Source: Rhodospirillales bacterium (GTDB taxonomy: Bacteria; Pseudomonadota; Alphaproteobacteria; Bin95). From it: a DNA stretch of 64,000 bases. The first letter of the stretch is position 1, and every line of letters begins with the position of its first letter. The stretch covers positions 1,600,894 through 1,664,893 of the forward strand of contig JAYQLI010000035.1 in the NCBI GenBank assembly GCA_038143065.1, written 5' to 3'. The notes under the pieces were generated by a model. That model did not search any database and was not told where the DNA came from. It saw nothing but the letters and a program-made list of their open reading frames with translations. Shown piece after piece: positions 54,626 through 64,000 of the stretch. The translations under genes were made by a program, and so were the position numbers.

Positions 54626-56535
54626 TCAACCGTCCGTTTTGCTCAGTGACAGCCAAAATGTATCTGGACGATATGAACCAAAATGCGCCCCTGGATCCCA
54701 GTTGTAATATCCCTCTGCAGGCAAATTTCTAAGACGAGCATTAGCAACGATTGGCTGCAATGCTCCAGAAATCAATCCAATGGTAAACACCTCATCATTG
54801 TACGTTCGGACCATGTCAGACCAGATTTTTTCTTTGCTTCAAAGGATGAAGCCACCCGCCAAGCAAAATAACGCTCAAGTTGCAGTTTAGCCGCTGAAAG
54901 ATCGACCGCCTGCCCCGCTGCTCCTTTGGTTTCTAAGTACTGACCCCACATTGGCCATTGCAGTTGTTGTTGAGATGTTGGAGCTAATTCAGCTGGGCTC
55001 ATTTCCGGACTTGCAAGACCATTTTGCAAGCCTGACCAAATAGCCATTTGGGTTTGTCCAGAAAACACACGATTTCTAAGCACTTCGCGCTGAAGTGGCT
55101 TCGTGTAAACCTTAATGCCTGCACGAAGCCAGGAGTCATGAATAAGCTGAAGCACGTCTGTCTCTTCCGTACTCTCGCCCGCCGTTTCAATGATTATTTC
55201 CGCTTTACGGCCATCAGGAAGAAGTCGGATACCGCCAGGTCCTAATTCAAGGCCAATTTCATCCAAAAGCGCATTTGCTTTTTCAATGTCAAATTCAGCG
55301 TAGGCATACGCCGATTTTTGATCATAAATCGGACTGCCAGGCAGAAGGGAATTATTTTGCGGTAGCCCAAGGCCAAAATAAACCACCTCATTAATTTCTT
55401 CTCTATTAGTAGCGAGAGAAAGTGCGCGCCTAAACCATACATCACGGAATAAATCGCGCCACGCGCGATCCTCGATATTGAGGTTAGGATACAAAGTGAG
55501 TTGAGAGCCCTTACCAGTGCGCCACAGGTGCGTTACGAAGCCATATTTTTCCTCATTTTGTTTTAAGAACGGCGTATCGTTGAAATTAAGATAACGTCCC
55601 TGTAGGTCTACTTCTCCACTTCCAGCCTTTGCTGGTATAAGTTTCCCAGCAACAATATCCATGTGCACTTCATCAATATATGGGAGTTGGAACCCATTAG
55701 TATCCACTCGATGATAGAAAGGGTTTCTCGAGAAAATGTAACGCTCTGCTGGTGGAGCTGTTTGAATGACCCAAGGCTGAAGTGTCGGTAGGTCCGGGTT
55801 ATCATTCTTGTAAGAATTATCTTTTCGATTGTGTAACGAAGCCCAATTCTGTCTGTTCTCCAAAGCCACCATCTCAGCCAGCTTGTCTGCTTCTTGATAC
55901 TTGGGATGGAATTTTTTGAGGTATGCGCTGGGCGCATAAATATAAAGAGGCGATGCTTTAGCTAAGGCAGGAATGAACTCAGGGTTTGGATGTTCCCAAG
56001 CAAAACGAATTTCGGTCTCTGAAATTATTTCTACAGTTGGCAAAGCTCCATCGACCAACATTTGCACTGGCGGACCTGCTGGAAAAAGCTCTTCATTGTT
56101 AGCCATATCCTCCCACCAATAGCGAAAATCCTCAGTGGTGAATGGATCCCCATTTGACCATCTGTGACCTTCCCTTAGGGTAAGAGTGAATATGCGCCCT
56201 TTTTCGACATTGAACTTCTTCAGGATATCAGATCTCAAAACGAGCTTGCTATCATAACCAATTAAGCGGGCATAACCGTAAACCACCATCTGCCTGACTT
56301 CTTTGGCCTTAGCCATCAGAATACGGATTGTGCCGCCTGACATTCCGATTGATGTACCCTCGCCTTCAAAAGTTGCAATCGCGGGATCCAAAGGGATGCG
56401 GTTGGCAATTGGAGGTAAAATTCCTTTGGTTACTGAGGCGGAGAAATAGTCTGCTTCCTTAAGCTCCAACGCATAAGAAAAGGTTGCTGATGCAACAGCA
56501 CAAAAACCAAGTAGAGTGAAAACTAGCAGACGCAT
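54626..56535 (-). CDS. Family-5 ABC substrate-binding protein; frameshift at ~54830
   Basis: Signal peptide, G.LPPIANRIP.DP N-terminus, LREGHRWSNGDPFTTED, RNPFYHRVD..G.QLPYID, FRRALSLA..R, C-terminal YRPDTFW. Confidence 0.9.
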
Positions 56536-56540
56536 GGAAG

Positions 56541-58402
56541 TTAAACGCCCTCCAAATCAGTTGCCGCCACACGAACAAAATGTCCTGGCGCATGCTGGTG
56601 CATACGCGCGGGCTGACCAGGGGTTAACCTATACGGCTCCACCCAATTTTGTGGCTCTGAAGCGCGCTCATCCATCAGTTTGGAAAAGTCGAGAGGGCGG
56701 TCCAAGTTTGGTTCAGGTACGGCAGCTAGAAGGCCTTGTGTGTATGGGTGACGAGGGTCAGCAAAAAGATCCTCTTTTCTTGCTATTTCTACAAGACGTC
56801 CGGCACACATTACGGCAATGCGGTCCGCCATATAATCCACGACCGCAAGGTTATGCGAAACAAAAAGATACGTCAGACCTAATTTATCTTGCAGGTCTTT
56901 TAATAAATTTAAGATTTGAGCTTGGACTGATACATCAAGCGCAGAAACGGGCTCATCGCACAGCAAAAGTTCAGGCTTTAATGCTAGGGCACGGGCAATG
57001 CCAATCCTCTGTCGCTGCCCTCCAGAAAAACTATGGGGATAGCGAGAAAGATGCCGGTCATCTAAGCCGACAAGTTGCATAAGCTCACGAGCCATTTCCA
57101 ACTTGTAGGAAGGATCTCCAATGTTATGAATAACTAGTGGCTCAGTTAAAATTTCTCTAACCGTCATGCGCGGATTTAAAGCACTGAATGGGTCTTGAAA
57201 AACGTACTGCATTCTGCGGCGATAGGGAAAAAGATCCTTTGATCTAAGATTAGAGAGATCTATCTGGGTCCCTTCATCACCAAAAAAAACATTGCCCTCA
57301 TCTGGCTTAAGGGCACTCATTATCATCTTCGAAGTCGTTGACTTACCGCAACCAGATTCGCCTACAAGGCCCAAACACTCTCCTCGCCGAATTGCAAAGC
57401 TAACATCATCGACAGCAAGAAACGATTTTTGCTCTGCGCCTAGAGACCGACGTGACTTAAAGCGCTTGGTCAGTCCCTTCACTTCGAGCAATGGTAATTC
57501 ATCTGCTTTACCTAGCTGACCCGGAGTGTCCTCTAAAAGGTGCCCTGTCGCAGGTTTGATCTCACGAATTGGGCGAAGCCGCTCACCTTTTTTCATATCG
57601 AACCGCGGAACAGCGGCAAGCAGTGATTTCAAATAAGGATGTTCTGGACTTTGGAAAATCTCATCAACTGGTCCAGCTTCCATAACCTTGCCGTGATACA
57701 TGACAACGACTTCATCGGCGACATTGGCTACGACACCCAGGTCGTGGGTAATCATCATTACAGCCATACCAAGCTCGCCCTGAAGGTCCTTTATAAGTTT
57801 AAGGATCTGCGCTTGGATTGTGACGTCTAGAGCAGTCGTTGGTTCGTCAGCGATTAATAGGCTGGGTCGGCAAACTAGCGCCATTGCAATCATTGCACGC
57901 TGCCGCAGTCCCCCAGAAAGTTCAAATGGGTAAGCATCAACGGCACCTCTGGCGACGGGAAGCCCACCAAACCAAGCATTTCTTTCGTTAATCTTCTGGC
58001 TTCATTCTTTGATGCTTGGCGATGAAGCCTTAAGGCTTCTGAAATTTGATTCCCAATTGTGTGTACCGGTGAGAGAGAAGTCATCGGCTCTTGAAAGATA
58101 ATAGATATACTGCCGCCCCGGATGCGACGCATATGCTCTGTCTCTTGTCCAAGCGAGGCGATATCAACAGTTTCTTTTCCTGGTTCATGAAACAGGATTG
58201 ACCCATTAGTGATGGAAGCGTTCTTTGGAAGAATACCCATCACCGCCTGCGCTGTAACACTTTTGCCTGAACCAGATTCCCCCACTACAGCTGTTGTCTC
58301 ACCAGATTTTATTCGGAAAGACACATCATCAACCGCCGTAACAACACCGCCAGGGGCTGCAAATTCGATAGCTAAGTTTTTGATTTCTAGAAGCTTAGCC
58401 AT
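56541..58402 (-). CDS. Fused double ABC ATPase (OppD+OppF); frameshift at ~57950
   Basis: [62 protein letters not shown]. Confidence 0.92.
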
Positions 58403-58410
58403 GATTTGAA

Positions 58411-58941
58411 TTAAGCCTCATTTTCCAACGCTGGACCAACAGTAAGACCTAATGCTGAAAAATTTTCTATTGTCACGGGTGACATCTGTACTTGACTAGA
58501 TTTTAAAGCTTCCACCACGAAACTAGAGAGCTTATCAAAGTCCTGGATCGTGGAGTCGATGCGCAAAACCCCACCTTCACAATGCAGTTTCATCTGCATC
58601 CAGCCCCCTTTCTCGTCGCCTACTGACAGTCGGCCTTTTTCTCTTCGCGTTGAGAAATACCGCAGATCAACTCTATCGATCCTATGCCAAGGCATTTTTA
58701 TAACTCTGGCACCTACTGAGCCAATCGCTTCATCAGTAACTAAGATAGCAGACTTATGTCTTCGCCAAGTTGAAAAGCCAAAACTTAAAAACATCAAAAC
58801 AATCGCGCCAAGAATAGTTGCGACGTAAGGGTTGCTCCAAGCAACAATCAGGGGAGTACTAAAAATTGCTACCCCCAAAAGGGACTGCATATAATCCTTA
58901 AAGAGCGCCTTGGTTGGGTAATAAAAATAATATTCCGACAC
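58411..58941 (-). CDS. Small two-TM membrane protein with a bPH-like cytoplasmic domain, function unknown
   Basis: Two hydrophobic helices, then IKMPWHRIDRVDLRYFSTRR..GWMQMKL; GTG start 7 nt after the deacetylase stop. Confidence 0.65.
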   Translation of the reverse strand: MSEYYFYYPTKALFKDYMQSLLGVAIFSTPLIVAWSNPYVATILGAIVLMFLSFGFSTWRRHKSAILVTDEAIGSVGARVIKMPWHRIDRVDLRYFSTRREKGRLSVGDEKGGWMQMKLHCEGGVLRIDSTIQDFDKLSSFVVEALKSSQVQMSPVTIENFSALGLTVGPALENEA

Positions 58942-58948
58942 TGGTTTA

Positions 58949-59713
58949 TTACTCCACAAAGAGTGAGTCAGCATTTTTCCAATGCACACGGTTATCTGCA
59001 CTAAGAAAAGTCAAAACCTCAGAAAGAGCTTTCCAGGCGGTCTCATCCATAGCCAGATGGTGGGACAGAATACCGGTTGTCTCAGACAAATCAGCCTCAC
59101 CAGTCCGACGTGCAGCCAAATGACTGGCTATCTCTGCCGCAACTGTGTGCCCAGCTTTACCTACTTTACCTTCACGCCACGCAATAAGGTCAATATGAGT
59201 ATTGATTTGTTTTACTCCAGTAGCTGCAAAGCTCGAAGACCTTGGCTGGAATCTACTCAATCCGACTATACCACAGTTAAAGAGGCTCTGAACTGCAGGC
59301 GATGATATTCGGTTCCACGGGGGAGCCAAAACTGGCAGTGACTGGCCACCAAAAAGGTCCGCTATAACAGAGCGTCCATTTACTAAATCTCCAATAACAG
59401 TGTCCAAAGATCTTGTTTCTGGGAATTCGGACTTTTTACCTCCATTGTTTTCATGATTCAGATGCGCGTATCCGTGTTGGATAACTGACACGGCGCCTAA
59501 AGGCTCTAAATAGCGGGCAAGACCTGTTGTGGCTGACGCTGGAATCACAGCCAGAGCTAGGGGTATACAAGCCACATTTACCAAAGATAAAAGGCGATCA
59601 AGAGCAGGTGTCTGAATTGTTGCATCATCATCACGAAGCCAAAAGTCTGCTTGACGCCCCATTAGCGCCCATCGTGAAAGTTCAGTGTCTAAATTCTCCC
59701 ACCCAGATGGCAT
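58949..59713 (-). CDS. Polysaccharide deacetylase-like (CE4/NodB-type) protein
   Basis: FWLRDDDA, LAVIP, IQHGYAH (HxxxH), LAPPWNRI, GILSHH. Confidence 0.8.
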   Translation of the reverse strand: MPSGWENLDTELSRWALMGRQADFWLRDDDATIQTPALDRLLSLVNVACIPLALAVIPASATTGLARYLEPLGAVSVIQHGYAHLNHENNGGKKSEFPETRSLDTVIGDLVNGRSVIADLFGGQSLPVLAPPWNRISSPAVQSLFNCGIVGLSRFQPRSSSFAATGVKQINTHIDLIAWREGKVGKAGHTVAAEIASHLAARRTGEADLSETTGILSHHLAMDETAWKALSEVLTFLSADNRVHWKNADSLFVE

Positions 59714-59715
59714 TT

Positions 59716-60855
59716 TTAAGCACCCACCAGTTCTCGCAATATTCGAGCAGTCTCCTGAGCCCCATCAATCCTCACGCCCGCGGCAGAACTTGGAGGATTA
59801 TTAAGGGTTCTATCGATAGCCGCTGCAAGTTTTTCTGGGGAAAGGTCTTCCTCACGCACTAATTGCAACGCTCCTCTTGTTTGTAATGCTTCAGCACGCA
59901 ACGTCTGTTCTGTCTCTAAACCACCGGCGTAAGGAGCAATTACTGCACGCGCCCCAGCCGCCAATGTCTCCATTACTGTGTTATAACCTCCTTGAGAGAT
60001 GGAAAGCCGACATCGCTTAAGAAGGCTTGGAAAATCTTTGCGCGCCCGTTCAACTATCACTCCAGAGCTGGCCTGATGCCGCAGGTCTTCAAAAATTAAA
60101 TCCGAAAGATTATGTCCCACCAGAAACCGCCATCGTTCTCGGGCCACCTGGGTTAAAGCCCTTGCATCCATAGCCGCCCTCAGCAAGGGCTCAGCTACAG
60201 CACCTCCTCCAGCTGAGACCAAAATTTCATCCAAACCATCCTTACCGTTGGCTTCTTCTCGTTCGTCCACCACGTATCCTGTGTAGCGAACTTTGCTAGA
60301 AATCTCGTTCACATGGGGAAATGTGCGTTCAAAGGGAACTAGTTCGGGATCTCCGTGCACTAAGGTTAGATCATACCATGTTTTGATACGCACCAGCATT
60401 TCATCAAGTCGTTCTGGCTTTGCTGGAGCAACTAATATGTCACGAACCGAGGCGACGACCTTGCAGCCATCTCTTTTTGCTTCTTCCAATAGTGGTTCCA
60501 TCTCAAAGCGGAACTGCCGGCGGCCATACGGAAACAACTCTGTTAAAAGTATGTCTGGAGCAAAATCACGATACGTATTGAGAGTTGCCTCTTGTCGCCT
60601 TTTTTTCCAGTTATCATCAATTTGGCAGTCATTTGCATCGTGAAGCACTTTGAAAAAAATATCTATTGCTCGCGCAGATGGAAGTTGGACCAATTTTGCA
60701 TCACCAATATCAATTACAGAGGCTGGTTCACCCCCTGATGCGATAACAACATCCATTCCTGCTGATGTCATTGCCTTTGCTAAAGTTGCAGCCCTAGCTA
60801 AATGTCCAATTCCAAGTAAGTGCTGAACCCAAATAAGAACGCGTGGTCGTATCAC
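59716..60855 (-). CDS. COG4671-type GT-B glycosyltransferase (GT28 C-terminal-like)
   Basis: WVQHLLGIGHLAR, ELFPYGRRQFRFE, SVRDIL, HGDP, YTGYV, VSAGGG, SQGGYNT, EQTLRA. Confidence 0.85.
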   Translation of the reverse strand: MIRPRVLIWVQHLLGIGHLARAATLAKAMTSAGMDVVIASGGEPASVIDIGDAKLVQLPSARAIDIFFKVLHDANDCQIDDNWKKRRQEATLNTYRDFAPDILLTELFPYGRRQFRFEMEPLLEEAKRDGCKVVASVRDILVAPAKPERLDEMLVRIKTWYDLTLVHGDPELVPFERTFPHVNEISSKVRYTGYVVDEREEANGKDGLDEILVSAGGGAVAEPLLRAAMDARALTQVARERWRFLVGHNLSDLIFEDLRHQASSGVIVERARKDFPSLLKRCRLSISQGGYNTVMETLAAGARAVIAPYAGGLETEQTLRAEALQTRGALQLVREEDLSPEKLAAAIDRTLNNPPSSAAGVRIDGAQETARILRELVGA

Positions 60856-61451
60856 AATTCAGGATCCCAATCTAACGGCACATCAAGCGCCTGCACATTT
60901 AGGTCCCCATTAGGTGAGATCCGAAGTAAATTGTATGTTCCATGAGCTCCCTTTACTGGTGGCTTTCCCATAAAATCCCAACCAGTAGCCAAAGCAACAG
61001 CCGCACGGATTACCCCCGATGTGTCACGGCAACTACCGGCCTACTCTTTCCAGCAAGTTCAGCAAAAAACGGTTTTAGGCGATTTTGAACCATCCGCGGG
61101 CTTTCACCACCAGGCGGCAGAAAAGTCTAAGCCACGGGTTTCATTCTCATGAAAATCAGAACCAAGAGTTTCTGAAAGTTCATTGCGCGTCCGCCCTTCC
61201 CAGTCTCCCCAGTCCATCTCGATGATACGATCATCCTTGGCGACATTTCTACCAGCAAGCACCCTAGCAGTTCTCATTGTTCGACCAAGAGGACTAGAAA
61301 CCCAATCAAATCCTGAAAATGCCTTAGGTGGTGCCCACGTCTGCAGCATCGCCTCACCTTCTTCAGATAAAGGGGTATCTCTGCGTCCTTGCAAGCGGCC
61401 TTCGGCATTCCAAGTGGTAGGAGCATGACGAATAAGGACAAGTAGGGTCAT
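60852..61451 (-). CDS. Histidine phosphatase (phosphoglycerate mutase-like) family; two frameshifts (~61122, ~61015)
   Basis: LIRHAPTTWN (RH motif), SSPLGR, EMDWGDWEG; reconstructed PPGGES and AVTHRGVIRA; TGA at 60852 overlaps the next GTG. Confidence 0.85.
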
Positions 61452-62584
61452 AGAATTCCAGTCCTGGAAAGTATTGTTTCAAGACGCAAGCTCGCGGCCT
61501 CAAGCGATTGTTTATCTCTAACTCTTATGTGAGCTGCGGAGGAATATGAAGCACGCCGATCATCATCATGAATTAATACATCAATCGCGTTTGCAAAAGC
61601 AGAAGCATCGTTGTTTCTGACTAATGTTCCTGAAAGTCCGTCCTCCACGACAGCTGGCACACCGCCCGTTTCACAGGCCACCACAGGTAAACCACTTGCC
61701 TGAGCTTCCAGCATTGCCATTCCAAACGCTTCACCATGCGCTGGCCACACCATGCAATCCGAAGCTGCATAGAATTTAGCTAAATCCGAATCATCTCTCT
61801 CACCCGCAAAAATTACTCGACCCATAGTCGCTGCTTGAAGGGTTTCTCGGATGACATCACGATTAGGGCCGTCACCAACGACTACAAGACGCCAGTCTCG
61901 GTCTGGCCTCAATTGTCCCAAAGCGTCTGCTAATTTGATGTATGAGATTGTTTTTTCACCATCACGCATCATCCCTACTGCTAATAACCACATTGCGTTG
62001 GCGGGAATGCCCAACTCATTTGATAGGTCTGCCCGGTATGCGTCTCGCTCTATTTCGTATTTGAGATAGGGCTCAATATCCAAAAAGGGTGGAAATAAAA
62101 TTAATTTCCCAGGGTCTTCTACTAATGGCTCGAGACACGGTATGTCATTAGGGTTCAGACAAAGGACAGCTGAAGCTGCAGCCACACAATCAGCAACCCG
62201 CTGATGGGAGATATTCCATGGCCCATCGGCTCGCTTTGGAGCAAAACTTGCTTCAGCAACAATATAAGGAATGCCGAGAGTAGCTGCTGCTTCAGGTCCC
62301 AACCAATCCGCCGCCTTGTAGTACAGGTGATAAGTAAACCAAATATCAGCGCCATTCGATCCAAGCTCACGAACTGCCCGTTGAGCCAACCAGGGACCAA
62401 GGCTTGCCATGCGTGCCTGACGCAATTGATTACCTGCCGCATCACGACTTCTGAAACGGCTCGCTAGCGGAGTTTCAATGTTGATGCGCCTAAAAAGCTG
62501 CTGAAATAAACGTGCGATCCTACGATCGCCAGAAGGTACAGGATGCCCTGGAGGCTTAAGTGGAGCGTAGAAGGCGGCGCGCAT
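61448..62584 (-). CDS. GT4-family glycosyltransferase
   Basis: FYAPLKPP.HPVPSGDRR, VVGDGP, EAFGMAMLEAQASGLPV (E-x7-E). Confidence 0.9.
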   Translation of the reverse strand: MRAAFYAPLKPPGHPVPSGDRRIARLFQQLFRRINIETPLASRFRSRDAAGNQLRQARMASLGPWLAQRAVRELGSNGADIWFTYHLYYKAADWLGPEAAATLGIPYIVAEASFAPKRADGPWNISHQRVADCVAAASAVLCLNPNDIPCLEPLVEDPGKLILFPPFLDIEPYLKYEIERDAYRADLSNELGIPANAMWLLAVGMMRDGEKTISYIKLADALGQLRPDRDWRLVVVGDGPNRDVIRETLQAATMGRVIFAGERDDSDLAKFYAASDCMVWPAHGEAFGMAMLEAQASGLPVVACETGGVPAVVEDGLSGTLVRNNDASAFANAIDVLIHDDDRRASYSSAAHIRVRDKQSLEAASLRLETILSRTGIL

Positions 62585-62587
62585 TCA

Positions 62588-63847
62588 CTATGTACCATGC
62601 TCTTTTGCCGTACCGATAGATTGCCGAATAAGAGCAGCCACTGCGTCAGCACCAGCACCAGAATCAAACTCATTTCGGATACAAATTTCTGATGCACGTC
62701 CTAGACGAAGCCTTCTATCTGGCTGGGTAATCATTGTTTTTAGTGCGTGAGCTAGACTGGAAGAGTCAGATGGCTCCACTAAAAGGCCTGTTTCACCATC
62801 TCGAATGAATTCTGGAATTGCAGACACATTTGTTGCAACAGAAGATAAACCTTGAGTGGCCGCCTCCATTAATACGTTTGGCAGGCCATCTCTGTCACCG
62901 TCGCCAGCAATCTTTGATGGCAAGACAAATAAATCTGCAGCTCTGTAGGCCTCAATAACTTCTGATTGAGCCATCGCTCCCGACCATTCGATATGACCTG
63001 CTATGCCAAGTGCCTTTGCATCCGACTTTAGTTTAGGCAGTAAAGGGCCTCCTCCTACATGACGCATTCTCCAATGAAGCTCACTAGGTAAAGCTGCCAA
63101 CGCAACCAAAAGATCATCAAGGCCTTTTTTTTCTACGGCTCGGCATACAGTTAGAATTTCGACAGGATGTGTTGGATCAGAACCGTTAGTTAGTGGACGA
63201 GGTGGTGCAGTTGGGAAACGAGACAACTCCAAGCCATGATAAACAAGACTGATCCTGTTAGAACTAGTTCCAGAGTCGACTGCAAGTTGCTTTAGATGCG
63301 CCGCACCGACATTCGTGCATGTAATGGCCCAGTCGCATGCCGAAAGCTTCTCCTGAAGATCCCAATCCGCTGACGTCCATATGTCCTTAGCATGCGCGGA
63401 AACGCTCCAAGGCTTCATAGTGATTGCCGCCGCATAACGCGCAACAGAGGCTGGCGTGTGCAGAAAATGCGCATAAATGAGTGATATGTCAGAGGGCATT
63501 TCTGCAGCTAAAACTAGGGCCTGCCCAAAGCGCCTAACCCGATTGGGAGTAAAATCACGGATTAAATCTTTCAGAAATAATCGCACAGCTTTTCGATAAG
63601 AAGGCAGTCGCCGAACGATCCACCACGCGCGACAGACCCGTCTAACTTCTTGATGCAGATACTCAGGAAGGTAAATTACTTCGGCTTCAATTTCATCATG
63701 GATTGGGTGGCGATATTTATCCGTTGGATGGCGCATAGAAAAAAGCCGAAGCTTAATTCCTCGTTGCTCCAATGCTCTAATTTCCTGGGCAATGAATGTT
63801 TCAGAAAGGCGCGGATAACCTTTCAGCAGGACCGCGATTTCAGCCAT
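62588..63847 (-). CDS. GT4-family glycosyltransferase (WcaL-like N-terminus)
   Basis: LKGYPRLSETFIAQE, HFLHTPASV, SAHAKDIW, RAVEKKG, DRDGLPNVLMEA; start at ATG 63847. Confidence 0.9.
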   Translation of the reverse strand: MAEIAVLLKGYPRLSETFIAQEIRALEQRGIKLRLFSMRHPTDKYRHPIHDEIEAEVIYLPEYLHQEVRRVCRAWWIVRRLPSYRKAVRLFLKDLIRDFTPNRVRRFGQALVLAAEMPSDISLIYAHFLHTPASVARYAAAITMKPWSVSAHAKDIWTSADWDLQEKLSACDWAITCTNVGAAHLKQLAVDSGTSSNRISLVYHGLELSRFPTAPPRPLTNGSDPTHPVEILTVCRAVEKKGLDDLLVALAALPSELHWRMRHVGGGPLLPKLKSDAKALGIAGHIEWSGAMAQSEVIEAYRAADLFVLPSKIAGDGDRDGLPNVLMEAATQGLSSVATNVSAIPEFIRDGETGLLVEPSDSSSLAHALKTMITQPDRRLRLGRASEICIRNEFDSGAGADAVAALIRQSIGTAKEHGT

Positions 63848-63851
63848 TTGC

Positions 63852-64000
63852 TTATTCGCCTGAACCAGCCAGCCGAAGTCTGCTGCTTCGACCTTTATCA
63901 AACGACCTTCCAACGAGACGCTTGACACTTTCAAGTCCATCTAACAGGCCTGGCACAACGCTATCTGATGGGCGTGATTGATGAGAAAGCTGTCGCAGCG
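63852..64000 (-). CDS. C-terminal end of an upstream gene, probably a second COG4671-type glycosyltransferase (truncated by the window edge)
   Basis: Minus frame reads LRQLSHQSRPSDSVVPGLLDGLESVKRL...GSGE*, resembling the ..LDG...V tail of COG4671 proteins; TAA 4 nt before the GT4 start. Confidence 0.55.
   Translation of the reverse strand, partial: LRQLSHQSRPSDSVVPGLLDGLESVKRLVGRSFDKGRSSRLRLAGSGE

Noticed and set aside
56516-57082. 188-aa plus-strand ORF opposite the ABC ATPase, and the many other 60-140 aa overlapping ORFs in the track
   Set aside because: They fully overlap well-supported genes and carry no recognisable motifs

Overview
A gene-dense chromosomal segment of an alphaproteobacterium, probably a marine Rhodospirillales-like heterotroph. 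This is inferred from the ubiH/L-glnK-amtB-ftsK-lolA order, a CnoX with WCGPC, an alpha-type Fur/Mur and AT-rich intergenic DNA. I count about 57 protein genes and no rRNA, tRNA, CRISPR, prophage or IS element. Housekeeping genes include xth, cnoX, fur, glnK-amtB (with a sigma54 promoter and NtrC-like boxes), ftsK, lolA, pgk, amiD and uup. They are interleaved with many orphan catabolic genes: hydantoinase/oxoprolinase A and two B subunits, BVMO, FAH hydratase, ACAD, TauD, NtaA/DszA-type monooxygenase, amidase, mandelate-racemase family, tartrate dehydrogenase, methylcrotonyl-CoA carboxylase, and UbiX next to an HmfH-like GMC oxidase. About 21 genes, including essential ftsK, are split by single-base indels, mostly in homopolymers. 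This points to uncorrected long-read errors rather than real pseudogenes, so I give reconstructed coordinates. The best candidate for an uncharacterised system is the translationally coupled minus-strand operon at 52457-64000. It encodes four glycosyltransferases, a histidine phosphatase, a CE4-like deacetylase, a small membrane protein and a family-5 ABC transporter, and it resembles a synthase/phosphatase-type oligosaccharide (osmolyte or signal) biosynthesis and re-uptake system.
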